Positions 1 through 14,404 of a DNA stretch of 64,000 nt are shown piece by piece. Position numbers and translations under genes: made by a program. The notes below the pieces were generated by a model. The model did not search any database and was not told the origin of the DNA. It was given only the letters and a program-made list of their open reading frames with translations. This stretch comes from Saprolegnia diclina VS20. Lineage: Eukaryota. The stretch is taken from assembly GCF_000281045.1 (NCBI RefSeq), contig NW_008246072.1, positions 761,232 through 825,231 on the forward strand. Reading direction: 5' to 3'. The stretch's first letter is position 1; each line of letters opens with the position of its first letter.

Positions 1-85
1 GAATAAAACCCTTTGAGACTGAATGCGATTTGAAAACCAGTCATTTTGGCTGTGGGGAATTGAGTTTGGCATTTGACATTTTACC

Positions 86-1057
86 ATGGGTCGTGTTATT
101 CGTGGCCAACGTAAGGGTGCCGGCTCGATCTTCCGGTCGCACACCAAGACGCGCAAGGGCGCCGCCGCTTTCCGCGTGAACGACTACGTCGAGCGTGAGG
201 GCTACATCAAGGGCGTGATCAAGGAGATCATCCACGACCCGGGTCGTGGTGCCCCGCTCGCCCGCGTCTCGTTCCGTGACCCGTACCGCTACCGCATCCA
301 GCACGAGCTCATGATCGCGGCCGAGGGCATGTACACGGGCATGTTCATCTACGCCGGCAAGAAGGCCAACATGGCCGTCGGCAACATCCTCCCGCTCTCG
401 CAGCTCCCGGAAGGTACCATTGTGTGCAACGTCGAGTGCCGCATCGGCGACAAGGGCAAGTACGCTCGCTGCTCGGGCGACTACGCCGTCATTGTCTCGC
501 ACGACGAGGACAAGGGCAAGACCAAGATCCGTCTTCCGTCGGGCTCCAAGAAGACCATCCCCTCGGCGTAAGTTTTCCATTCGATATTCGATCGCCCGGG
601 CGCAAGCCCGTGGCACACGCCCACGCAGTATGCGTACGCTGCTGCGTGGTGCTGTGTAGTAGTTCCCATACTACTTTCCCCGCTTGATGCGGTGCGTAAG
701 TATTCCGATGGGCGCGCTCGATCTCTCTCTATGGGTTGGCAGGCATTGATGGTCAAGTTGCTGTGTAGCTGCCGTGCTATGGTCGGTGTCGTCGCCGGCG
801 GTGGCCGCACGGACAAGCCCCTCCTCAAGGCTGGCCGCGCGTACCACAAGTACAAGGTCAAGCGTAACGAGTGGCCCAAGGTGCGTGGTGTTGCCATGAA
901 CCCCGTGGAGCACCCCCACGGTGGTGGTAACCACCAGCACATTGGTCACCCGTCGACGGTCCGCCGTGACGCGCCCGCCGGTAAGAAGGTCGGTCTCATC
1001 GCCGCCCGCCGCACGGGTCGCCTTCGTGGCATCAAGAAGCTCGAGAAGGACAACTAA
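86..1057 (+). CDS. RPL8: 60S ribosomal protein L8 (uL2), 2 exons (86-567, 769-1057)
   Basis: [26 protein letters not shown] and [19 protein letters not shown] motifs; removing GT-AG intron 568-768 restores ...TIPSACRAMVG... Confidence 0.97.
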
Positions 1058-1123
1058 ATGGTTGGCCTACCTCGCTAGTCTTCAAGTCTTGGAAATGTCA
1101 ATACAACACGACTCAAAACAACA

Positions 1124-1532
1124 NNNNNNNNNNNNNNNNNNNNNNNNNNNNNNNNNNNNNNNNNNNNNNNNNNNNNNNNNNNNNNNNNNNNNNNNNNNNN
1201 NNNNNNNNNNNNNNNNNNNNNNNNNNNNNNNNNNNNNNNNNNNNNNNNNNNNNNNNNNNNNNNNNNNNNNNNNNNNNNNNNNNNNNNNNNNNNNNNNNNN
1301 NNNNNNNNNNNNNNNNNNNNNNNNNNNNNNNNNNNNNNNNNNNNNNNNNNNNNNNNNNNNNNNNNNNNNNNNNNNNNNNNNNNNNNNNNNNNNNNNNNNN
1401 NNNNNNNNNNNNNNNNNNNNNNNNNNNNNNNNNNNNNNNNNNNNNNNNNNNNNNNNNNNNNNNNNNNNNNNNNNNNNNNNNNNNNNNNNNNNNNNNNNNN
1501 NNNNNNNNNNNNNNNNNNNNNNNNNNNNNNNN
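1124..1532. other. assembly gap (N run)
   Basis: run of n. Confidence 1.
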
Positions 1533-1549
1533 CGGTAGCCGGTCGCAAG

Positions 1550-2630
1550 ATGGCGGCGAGCGTACTGGCATGATCTCCGTACGCGAGCTATTCATAGCGA
1601 CGCGATCGTCGCCGTCGGCTCAATGCAGTTTCGATCTCCAAGTAGTAGCATGGCGCGGCTCGCAGCACGCGAAGACGCATGCAAGCTCCTCGCGCAGAGC
1701 CTCAACGAGAAGGCGTCTTACGATGAACTCATGGACGAGCACCGCAGCGCATGCCAGTGCTGGTCCGTCCTCCTCGAGGTACTCCTACTTCCATGTCCAT
1801 CACGCTAGCCTTCTCATGTGCGCAGGGCCTGCATGTGCCCTGCCTCGACCTCCCGCACGCCTTGCATCATGGCAAGGGCAGTGCGACAAAGCGCGAGCTA
1901 CGAGACACGATGCTCTGGCTCCATCCCATGACGCTCCAGCTCTGCTTCTCCAGTGTCCACGAGTACCACGACCGCATCCCGCGCCTCCCGCTCGCCCATG
2001 TACGCTTCGTCCAAAGCGGCCGCGTCATCAGCACGTCGACAAAGGCGCCGCCCCTCATGCCGTACCCGTGCCTCTCGCTCACAACCTACCACGGCGACGT
2101 GGTGCACATTGGCTTTGCCACGTCACAGCTGCGCGACTACGTCGTCGAGATGCTCAGCGAGATCGTCCAAGTCGTCGACGTCATGGCGCGCGTCCAGGAC
2201 CACGTATCCTCGATCCTTTCCGCCTCCTCCTATCTTCTTCTCTCGCTAGGTCGCGCAGCACCTCAAGCGTCGCGACTCGGTCGGAAGCAACAACGCAATC
2301 GCCTCGACCGCGTGGACGCCCCATGACCTTGAACTATGGCTGCACGACCGGCAGCTCGCGCCGCTCTACGTGCCGCTGCACGCGCACCTCTCGCTCGCGT
2401 TCGAGGTCCATGGCGACGCGTACGAGCGGTTCCTCTACCTCAGCGACGACTCGATCCAAGCCATCATTGCGAATGAGAGCAACCAAGAAGGCGCCGCCGT
2501 CGCCGAGCTGCGGTGCGCGCTTGGCACGCAGCTGCAGCTCGCGCGGGACGCCAAGGCCAAGCTAACAGCTGCGACCAATTCCACCAAGCGACGAAAGCCT
2601 TCCCTGCGGTGGCCACTGCGCTTTGCATAA
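1550..2630 (+). CDS. hypothetical multi-exon protein (5' end uncertain, next to gap)
   Basis: ORF pieces 1650-1778, 1826-2203 and ~2250-2630 joinable by short GT-AG introns, with coding-like GC3 bias; no family recognised. Confidence 0.5.
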
Positions 2631-2684
2631 GCGAGCAATAAGAACCGTGACGAGGTCTGTCGTTGCAGTACAACTCGGATTCTC

Positions 2685-4296
2685 CTACGCGAGCACGGCC
2701 AGCATGTCGGCGACCGACGTGAACTTTTCCCGGGGCTTGCCGACCGCCGCGCCCGCGGCTTCTTCCGCGGCTTCAATCCGGGCGTAGTCGGCCCACGTCA
2801 CGACGCGGGTGGTGGCGGCGAGCGTCGCATGCAGCTCGTCCGCGGGCTTGGTCGGCGCCGGCAGCGTCGGTGCGTCGGCCATCAGGCTCGCAACTGTGTC
2901 CCGGGCGTCGTTGATGTTGGTGCCAATGATGCCGGACGGGCCGCGCTTGACCCAGCCGGCGCAGTAGAGTCCGAGGACCGGCGCTTGCGTCGCGACATCC
3001 ACGATGCGTCCCGAGATGTTGGAGAGCACGTTGCGCTTCGTGTCGAACGGGACATTTTCGAGCGGCTGCGACTTGTACCCGATGCTGCGCAGGACGAGGC
3101 CGCACGGAATGACTTCAAACGCGCCCGTTCCAGTCGCACGCTGCTTGTACGCGTCACCGTCGAGCGCGTTGACTTCGACCTTGATGGCGCCGACGCTACG
3201 CAAGCCCGTCGTCGCCGCTTGCACTGCAGTGGAAGAGGCACGTACCGCGTCGGGTCGTTGGCGTCGGGGAGGAAGGCAACGGGCGAGAGGAGGAACCGGA
3301 CTTGGATCTGGCGGTCGCGCGCCGCATGCACCGTGTGCTCCTTGGCCACGGTGCCTACTCTTCGCATTGAGGTCAAAGGAAAAGACTGCCGAGGTCGTAC
3401 TGAGAAGCTGGTAGATGCGCTTCTGCGCACGCGTCTCTTCAATCTCCTGGAGCGACGATGGATTGAGGCCGGCGTTGAGCTCGATGGGGTCGACGACGCA
3501 CGCTGCATCTTCGAGACGCGTGATCTCGCGGAGCTCCTTCATCGTGAACGCTGCCTGGGCGACGCCGCGACGACCGACGAGCAGCACCTTCTTGATGCCT
3601 TTGGCTGCAAGCGCATCGAGCGCATGCTGGGAAATGTCGGTCGACGCGAGCTCGGCCGGCGACTTTGACAAAATGCGCGCGCAGTCGACGGCGACGTTGC
3701 CTTGGCCGATGACGACGGCCGTGTCACCGTTTAAGGGCACGTCCAGGTCACGGAACGACGGGTGGCCGTTGTACCAGTTGACAAACGACCGCGCCGCCAT
3801 GACACCGGTGAGGTCTTCGCCGGGGATGTTGAGTTTGCGGTCGTCGGACGCGCCGGACGCGAGCACGACCGCGTTGTAGTACGGCTTGAGCGCATCGACC
3901 GAGACATCGGCGCCGACGCGCACGTTGCCGAGGAACGTAAAGCGCGGGTTCGAGGCCACGTCGTTGAAGTCGTTCATGACGTTCTTCACTTCGGGATGGT
4001 CCGGCGCGACGCCCGAGCGCACGAGGCCTACGCAGTGCGCCATGAGATGCCTGCTCGGCGGCGACGACGAAGAAGAAGGAGGGACCATAGGGCGTCGGGA
4101 GCGCTTCGAGCATGTCGATGTGCACGCCAGCATGCTCCTTCAAGAGGTACTTGGCCGTGTAAAAGCCGGCGGGGCCCGAGCCAACGATGCAGACGCGCTT
4201 CAAGTCATCGGCCTGCACGCTCATGCAGCGGAAGAGGCCATGCGGGCGGCGCGCGGTCGCGGCCATCGCGCGGAGCGAGCGGCCGTGGTGCATCAT
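2685..4296 (-). CDS. FDXR: mitochondrial NADPH:adrenodoxin (ferredoxin) oxidoreductase, multi-exon
   Basis: [37 protein letters not shown] and [14 protein letters not shown] motifs; Arg-rich N-terminal presequence. Confidence 0.95.
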
Positions 4297-4699
4297 CTCT
4301 GCAAATCCGGATTTGCGGCGCTGGGTTCGATGGCTATCATGCGGCCATTGGTAGAAAAGTTGTCAAGCGCTAACGCTGATTGGTCCGTACGTCGAAATCC
4401 ACGCGATCGATCGCGAATGCACCAACGTTGGAGTGATCACAATGCCAGAGGCAGAATACGGTACCATCACCACCCAGCATCAAAGCTCGGAGCAAGGTCT
4501 CCTGGACGTCAGTGGGTCAACATGGTCTGTGCATACCGGCGTGGGGAGCTCCAGCTGCGGCCTCTTCGGGCGACAGCTGCATGGAAGGCTCCGAGCTCAA
4601 CCAACATGCGCTGGACGCTCGCAAGATGCAACGCATTGGAAATACATCGTGTTGCAGTTAGTAGCTGCTACACTAAAGCGACGACGGGAGGCCGCGGCT

Positions 4700-5433
4700 T
4701 CAGATCGGGACGGCCTCGCCCTTGGAGGCGTGGTTGGTGTAGTACTCGCCGACCTTGTCCCAGTTGACAACGTTCCAGAAGGCCGAGATGTACTCCGGGC
4801 GGCGGTTCTGGTACTGCAAGTAGTAGGCGTGTTCCCAGACATCCAAGCCGAGGATCGGGATCATCGAGATCTCCGAGTTGGGCATCAACGGGTTGTCCTG
4901 GTTGGCGCTCGATGAGACGGCGAGCGTGCCGTCGGCCTTCACGCCCAACCACGCCCAGCCCGAGCCGAAGCGCGTCAACGCGGCGGCGTTGAACTTCTCC
5001 TTCATGGCATCGACCGAGCCGAACGCCTGTTCGATCTTGGCCTTGAGCTCGCCCGTGGGGCCAGCCTGGCTCGTGCCCGGCGGCGCCATGAACGTCCAGA
5101 AGAGCCTATATGCCATCGTTAGCCATGCCGCCATCGCATTGCGCCATCGTACGTGTGGTTGTAGTGACCACCGCCGTTGTTGCGCACAGCCGGGACCGTG
5201 GCCGTCTTGACGATCTCGACAATCGACTTGCCGGCGAGCGAGGGTTCCTAAGGCAGGTGGCATGAGCGGCCATGGCCTTGCCTCGCAGGCAGACGTACCC
5301 CGGCAATGTAGTTGTTGATGTTGTTGATGTAGGCCTGGTGGTGCTTGGTGTGGTGGATCTTCATCGTCTCCGTGTCCACATACGGCTCGAGGGCTTCGTA
5401 GGCGTACTTGAGGGGCGGAAGGGTGAAGCTCAT
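4700..5433 (-). CDS. Fe/Mn-family superoxide dismutase (Mn-type signature), 3 exons
   Basis: [48 protein letters not shown] and DVWEHAYY. Confidence 0.95.
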
Positions 5434-6234
5434 CTTGGTTGCAAAAGGCAAAATGGGCTCACTTCCATCTTACGCGACGGATCGTATTTTTATGCTTCCA
5501 CATACAAACATCAAGCTTGGATTAAACACCCGCATAAAACTAGGAGGATCCCTCGTGTCATCCGGATAACAAGCCGAGATTGTTCGCGACGCATACAAAC
5601 ACCAAGTAGAACGAACCTCGGAATTCGGCGTGTCGGCCACCTTTTTCACACGCGAGAAATGTGGTTTTCAAGAAACGCACCGGAATCAGCTTGTGCACCG
5701 GCGTCTCTCCACCGCACGCACGGTTTATACTCCCTGTATCCGGACGACGTAGCATTTTCCACATGTGGGAAACCAACGGCGAGGATCGGCGCCATCACGC
5801 GCAACGATTGGCGGAGCTAGGACCAATGAACGGGCCGCCTGACGAAAATGCGTGGCGCGCTGCGAACTTCAAGTTCGAGAACGCCCACGCGAGAGGCGGC
5901 GACGCTGACGCAGCATCCAGGATATGTGCATGAACTATAGCGTTGTGCTGCGCTCTTAGAACCAACTGGCTTAAGCTAGAGAGGGATCGACGGCGTGCAA
6001 GTGATCGAGGATGATTGCGCTCGGAAGGAACTTCGCCGTCATTCCGAGGTGGTCACGATGAGCCACACAACCTTGGTCAGCGCCGAGGTCCAAGGTTGGT
6101 CAACGAGCAACCCAAGCAGCAGCCATGCTTTGCAGACGGTCGAACCCGCTGGTCGCATCGCGATGCATCCTTCTCGTGAGCGACAACCCTTGGCAGGATC
6201 TCGGTGGAAGCTGCAAAGCTGACACGCTTTCGCC

Positions 6235-6535
6235 GGTAAGAGACTCAACGACATGATGCCCATGCGGCCGAGGATCGCGATCGAGACAGCGTTGCCATCG
6301 GGACGAAACTTGACGGCCGACGGAATCAGCTCCTTGATCGAGAGCGTCACCATCATCTATGTACCAGCGCCAAGACCAAGCATAGCACCCTCCACGGTCG
6401 GGTTGAGACCGTCACCGATGATGAAGAACGCGAGGATGGCGCCGAGAGCGACGACGCACAGGCCCACCAAAAGGCTTTGCAGCGGTTGCCAGTGTCAAAG
6501 TAGACTGGCGTCGCGACAGCAATGCCTTTACCAAT
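6235..6535 (-). pseudogene. ZIP/ZupT zinc transporter C-terminal relic
   Basis: GIAVATPVYFDTGNRCKAFWWA, then a frameshift, VVALGAILAFFIIG..., an in-frame TAG, then MMVTLSIKELIPSA...MGIMSLSLL; N-terminal half absent. Confidence 0.65.
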
Positions 6536-6810
6536 CTCGGTGCAAGGCGGTTGTGCCACAAGGCGTTGTGCCAAGAATCCTGGCGGCGACCACGTCCTTG
6601 CGTCTGCCATGAAGGCCACATGAGCTTGTACGCCTATGCTAATGCCGAACGCGCTATATGTGTGCGTGCTGCCACTTACAAGAGCACCCGCCTCCTGACA
6701 GCTCCTCCTGACCTTGTCCGCGCTGCTCAACCTGCTGTCTTGCCCTGCAGCTTGACACGGATCTTTACAAAGTGCGTAATGTTAATAACACTTGGTAATT
6801 TGTCTCAGGC

Positions 6811-7840
6811 ATGGTGCTTGCACAGGCCCGGCAGCAGGCGCAGAAGGCAGTGGCCATGGCCGGCGCCTCGATGGCGGCCACGGGCATCCACGTCCTCGGC
6901 GGCGCGTACCTCATTCCGACACTGCGCCTCCACGCGCCTGTCCGCGTCAACGGCGAGTACGACATGCGCCGGCTCGTGGAGCAGTCGCGCACGAACTGGA
7001 ACCTCCGGGGGCCTGTCATCCTCGACTTGGCCAACGTGAGCTCGAACGGGTCGCCGCACAACTCGCCGATCCGGTCCTCGGAGCTGCGCTCGCTCATTTA
7101 CGCCCTCCGCAGCGAGAACCTCCATCCGATCGGGATCACGAACGCCAGCGAAGACATCAAGGCGATGGCGTGGAAGTCGCTGCAGGTGCCGAGCATCATT
7201 AGCACACGCCTCGAAGACGATGGCGACTACGAGGCAAGCGACGCCATGAACCGCGTCGCAATGCATCAACTCATGGAAGAGGCAATGGGCCACGAAGAAG
7301 CAGCGCAGGCCATCATCGGCGAGCGCCTCGATACACCGTCGGCCCCTGCCGAAACCCCGGTGGTTGCCGCCATCGCATCGACACAGCGGGGTATGATGGT
7401 CGTCGAAGGCTCCGTTCGCACGGGGCAGCAAGTCTACGCCAAGGACCAAGGGCTCGTCGTCCTCGGCTCGGTCAACTCGGGCGCCGAGGTCCTTGCCGAC
7501 GGCGACATTCACATCTATGGCACACTCAAGGGCCGCGCGCTCGCCGGTATTGGTGGCAACACGGACGCCAAGGTACGTTCCATCAACTCACGGCTACATA
7601 GCCATCTCAATCGTTCGAAGGTCTACGTGCAAAAGTTCGACGCCGAGCTCATTTCGATCGCCGATACGTTCACGACGTGCGACGCCCTCGAGGCGCGCGA
7701 GATTGGCCACGTGGTAGGACTCCCTCGCATTGAACTAGAGACATTCTCATCTCTGGGTCAACTAGGTCGACGACAAGCCCACAATCGTGTGGCTCGAAGA
7801 CGGCGCGCTTCAGTTCAAGTCGGTCGTGCCCGGTCCCTAA
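6811..7840 (+). CDS. minC: septum site-determining protein MinC homolog (probably mitochondrial), 3 exons
   Basis: PVILDL..LHPIGI N-domain; VEGSVRTGQQVYA..LVVLGSVNSGAEVLADGDIHIYGTLKGRALAG..FDAELISIAD beta-helix C-domain; GT-AG introns ~7573-7620 and ~7714-7764; ends ...FKSVVPGP*. Confidence 0.92.
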
Positions 7841-7920
7841 TTTTCGCCTCCAATTTCTACCAACTCGTACATATTTCTTGCATTTTGTACAAATATTTTT
7901 TGATTGAAAGTCGCCGTCGG

Positions 7921-10619
7921 TTAAAGCACCATGGCGCCGTAGAGGGTCGCGGGCGTCGACGGCGCAATGGAGGAGCGCAGCGCCGGGTCCTGGTACATCT
8001 CGACGGACCCGGACGTCGGCGAGAGCAGCATCGTCTGGTCGGGCGCATACGCCTTGCCGACGGCGCGCAAAAGCTGCTCCTTGTCGCGAATGTAGTGCCA
8101 TAGGATCAAAATGAACGTGAGCATGAGGAGCACGACGACCGAGGTGCTTTGGTAGAGTGTGCCCCGGACGAGGAAGAAGCCGGCCATTGCGCACTGGTAG
8201 ATCATGAGCGGGAACATGCTTGCGTGGGCGCTCGTCTTGGCAATTGCGCCGTTGCCCTTGATGCGCGGCCGGACGTACAGGAGCGAGTACCTCATGGAGC
8301 ATATGCCATTAGTGGGCACTCGAACATGCAACCTACTTGTCGACGAGGTGCTGCATGAAAAAGTAAAAGGCGCCAAACGGCAAGATCACGGGCACGACCG
8401 TGCTGAACGCGACAATGACGACGAGGACGCTGCACCACATGCGATAGTTCGATAGCTGCACTGTCGACAGACGACGCACCTAATTTGCAACGCCGACTGC
8501 GTGCCCGTGTAAAACTTCCACGCGTCGACCGCGTACGCGTGCTCCTTTGGTGTCACGGCGCGGGACCAGCGCCACGCAAACTCGGCGCCTTCGGAAATAC
8601 GCAGCATGACGACGGCTGTGCCCACAAACGCCCGCTGAATCACTAGATTCGACAGTTGAAAAATGAGACAATCGACAATAATGTACATATACCGTAATTG
8701 ACAAAGAAAACACCCGAGTTGTTGAGGAAGAGCATCTCAAAGAGGTCGAGGACTTGGCCCTTGTCGAGAAAATACTGGAAGAGCGCGTTGATCGACACAA
8801 ACGTAAAGCTGGGCACAAACAGCGTATTGAAAATCAAATCTACGACAGAATTTTATCATGTGACGACCTCCACCCCCAGTGAAACCAGTGGACGTACACA
8901 CAGCACTGTAGTGCAGAATGCTCTTTTCCTTGGCCGAGTCGGTCGACATGGGTTGCATGCGTCCCGCGTGGTAGACGACGTTGAGAAGCACACCGTTGAT
9001 CATGACAAGACTACCATGGAGTAGCATCATTGAAGAAGACAGTGAACCGCGTACATCATGGTGGGAATGTACGAAAATGTCATTTTGGCCACGACGGGCG
9101 AGAGGCCAGCGACGCAGTCTTGGACGTCAAACACGATGTCGTTGACCCACTTGGCGGTCGCTACACAAAATGCACACCGTATTATGTCGTCCGAAGGGTC
9201 CGTCCAGCGTACTCGAGTAGGCGCCGGATGAAATGGCCGATGTGACCGCCAACGGCGACGTGAAGAGAATGATAAACACCGTGAGAAACGTGTAAATCGT
9301 TGCTGTGAGCAGTGTACGCTTGGTCGACTGGTACGAGACGCACTCCCAGTCAATGTCGTCGGGCTCTGGCGCCGTGTCGAGCTTCCACTGCGTCAGTTGG
9401 AGTTCGTCGATCTTGCGCTTGACTAGATGCAATGTCAGCACATGGACGATGCGCATTTGAGTAGTACGGATGTTGTGGTATTTCTTGGGGGCGCGGGCAA
9501 TCATGTGCGCGACCGACTTGTACTTGGTCTTCTTGACGAACCGCGCCTTCCATTTTGGGTCGTTGAAGATGAGGAAGATGCGGCCCGTGCCCTCGTTTTT
9601 GGCGATGATCGACGCGAGCGTGCTCGCTTCCAACCGCTTGCTGTCGGCAATGCTGGCCTGGAGCGACGCGACTTGGTCTTCCAGCGGCGCCTGGAAGCAC
9701 GTCGGCTCGGGAAACCGCAAGCTTCCGGGCAGCAGTCGCAGCATCCACGGAACAGAGTTGGTCAGTTGCATGCGCAAGAGCAGTTGCAGTCGCTCGATAC
9801 GATCTTCGGCGTCGATGCGTTGCTTGTGCAGTCGGCGGTACGGCCCCAAGTCGTAGACGACTGTCACGTGGCTCATGTAGCCCGGGAAGATCTAGAGATG
9901 AATGAGATGGTATAGCGTAAACGACAAAATACCTGGTCGAGGAGGTACAGGATGCGGTCTTGGGCCATTCGCTTGGGCACGCCGGACGAGACAAGGATCG
10001 AGCGGGCGCTGAGACTCGACGGGATCATGCAGAGGAGGTTTGTCTTGGCCGGGTCCCGATTGTTGCAAAGCCGCCCGAGCTTGTGGAGGAAGATGCCGTA
10101 GAAGAGCGAGAAGACGTACGTGGTAATTACGGGCACCCACAAGAGCGGCGACTTGTCGGGCAGCGACCGGATCGTGAGCGTGCTAAACGCCGACCACGGC
10201 GTGGACGCGGCAAAGACGTAGACGGGCAATAGCACAAAGAACGCAAAGCCGCTCATCGCGAGCACGAGCCGCAGGGCGTAGACCTGAAAGGTGAGGTAGA
10301 ACGCGGCTTCGTCGCCGACCTCGATGTGCAGCGACTGGATGTCGCGAAACTTGCGGTAGAAGGCTTTGAAGCGCTCGATTGGCGTCGGGTAGGCGCCAAA
10401 GTGCACGCGGTATGTGGTCGCGGTCGTGTCGGTGTGGCCCGTCCAGTAGAGGCTGCTGCGACTGCTGCGCGACGCGAGGAAGAGGCACCACGCGACGCAA
10501 AAGCCGACGCTGTTGACGCCAAAGACGACCATGATGCTCCACCAGCCCTGCGCGGCCTGCTCGAGCCGCTTCCGGCCGTAGTCCACGTGCCAGATATCGC
10601 GCTGCGACGCGTTGTGCAT
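7921..10619 (-). CDS. OSCA/TMEM63 (CSC1-like) calcium-permeable stress-gated channel, multi-exon; start approximate
   Basis: VGDEAAFYLTF, FVLLPVY, APEPDDIDW and many hydrophobic TM segments. Confidence 0.85.
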
Positions 10620-11052
10620 ACCGCGGACGTCGAGGATGTCGAGCTGCTGTGGTAAAATCCCAGCGCGACAGCCTGCGCCGGGATTGGTGCAAACGCCTCG
10701 AGCGCTGTGACATGCCTCGAAAGTCGCCTGTGATTGGCGGCTGCACTTGCTGTTGCAAACAGCGTCGGGTGTTTTCAACATGTCGTATAGAATACACTGT
10801 ACACTATGCCACTGTCGACGCCAGAGGGATCTACGGTACCGCATTCCCACATAGCAAAGGATGACTTTACCGCCTTGTGGGACCAAGGCCTTGTAGCTTG
10901 CAGCGCTGGCACACAGTAGGAAGGCGTGATGCTCTTGGCGGGTGCTCTGTTTTAAACACGTGTTGAAGATCGCTGTCCGGTGATCAATGAACCGACGTTA
11001 TCCGGACGTCCGGATGATGCAGAACGTCCAATCAATTCCAGAGCAGCGAGCG

Positions 11053-12669
11053 ATGGAAGCCGACGCCCCCGTGGTCCCGCGCCGCTTTGTCGGCCGCAAG
11101 GTGGTCAAGGCCGAGACCTGCGCCGCCGACAGCGCCTGTGCTAATAACTCGGGCGCCTGCTGCAGCTCGGAGGCTTCGACGTAGGCGCGCCGCCTCCATG
11201 CCACAAGGCGGCTAACCCATGCATAGGCTCGTCAAGAAGAAGCCCAGCGCCGCGGCGCTGCGCCGCAAGATGGCCAACCAGATCCCGGACGAGATCCAAA
11301 ACGACCCGGAGCTCGGCAAGGCCATCGAGCAGGTTTGCATCGCCGTTGCATTTGTTTCGCGCTCATGCTCGTGGCATCTAGCTTCCTTGGAACTACAACT
11401 TTGAGATTCGCAAGACGATCTGGAAGCTCAAGCAAGCCAACAGCAAGCGCGTCGCGCTGCAATTCCCAGAGGGCCTTCTTCTCTACGCGTGCGTCATCTC
11501 GGACATCATCGAGCGCTTTGCCGGCGCGACGTGCATCATCATGGGTGATGTCACGTACGGCGCGTGCTGCGTCGACGACCTCACGGCCAAGGCGCTTGGC
11601 GCCGACTTTATGGTGCACTATGGGCACAGCTGCCTCGTGCCGATTGACGTGACAACGATCAAGATGCTCTACGTCTTTGTCGACATTTCGATCGACGTGA
11701 CGCACGTACGGGAGCGCATCTCCAGTGCGCGCATTCGTGGCTCACATCGTAGCTTGTGTAGCTCATCGAGTGCATGAAGCTCACGTTCGCGCCGTCGACC
11801 AAGCTCGCGCTCATGGGCACGATTCAGTTTGCGACCGCAATGCACTTGGCGCTCAATGAGCTCAAGAGTTACTTTACCGACATTGTCGTACCGCAAGCCA
11901 AGCCCTTGTCGCCCGGCGAGGTCCTCGGGTGTACGTCGCCGCTCTTCCCGGACCGCGAAGCACTCGTGTTTGTCGCCGACGGTCGCTTCCACCTCGAGGT
12001 AAACTCTACGTTTTCTGAGCAACGCTCAATCTCGTTTTTCTAGTCGGCCATGATTGCCAACCCGACGGTCAAAGCGTACAGATATGACCCGTACCCCAAG
12101 GTGCTCAGCTGCGAAAGCTACGATCTGGGCCAAATGGTCGCGATCCGCAAGTACAATAAGACGCTTTGGCGCATGAAGCTGACAATGGTGTGGTTCGTAG
12201 GAGCGCGGTGGAGACGGCCAAGTCGGCGCAGACGTTTGGTGTGATCCTCGGGACGCTCGGGCGCCAAGGCAGCACGGTCATCCTCGACCACCTCACTTCC
12301 GTCCTCGACGCCCACGGCAAGCGACACTTTACGCTTCTTCTCTCCGAGATCTTTCCCGAAAAGGTATGCCATTCTCGTAGTTGAGAGTATCATGACGAAG
12401 GTGTCCTAGCTGGCCATGTTCAAGGAAGTCGACGCATGGATCCAAGTGGCGTGTCCGCGCCTCTCGATCGATTGGGGCTATGCCTTCAACAAGGTAGGTT
12501 TCCAGCGGCTGTGGGCGCGATGGCTCACTTTTTGCAGCCGCTTTTGTCGCCGTACGAAGCCGAAGTGTGCTTGAACGAGACGCCGTGGCAAGAGGCGTAC
12601 CCGATGGACTTTTACGCCAAGGGCAGCGGCAAGTGGACCAATTATTACAAGCCCGAGATCACAAAGTAA
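11053..12669 (+). CDS. DPH1: diphthamide biosynthesis protein 1, multi-exon
   Basis: [58 protein letters not shown] and YPMDFY. Confidence 0.95.
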
Positions 12670-12771
12670 GCCCATCCAGCATGGTGTACTACAGGTAGTC
12701 AATGGAAGGGAAATACACGCGTCGACGTGCGACGAGATTTGTATGCACGTGTTGGTTTGTGCGTCTTGAGC

Positions 12772-14404
<1,633 letters not shown>

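Noticed and set aside
568..768. C/D box snoRNA in the RPL8 intron
   Set aside because: No RUGAUGA/CUGA box pair found; an H/ACA snoRNA is not fully excluded.
6811..7840. Bacterial contamination explaining minC
   Set aside because: The gene has spliceosomal introns and is embedded among eukaryotic genes.
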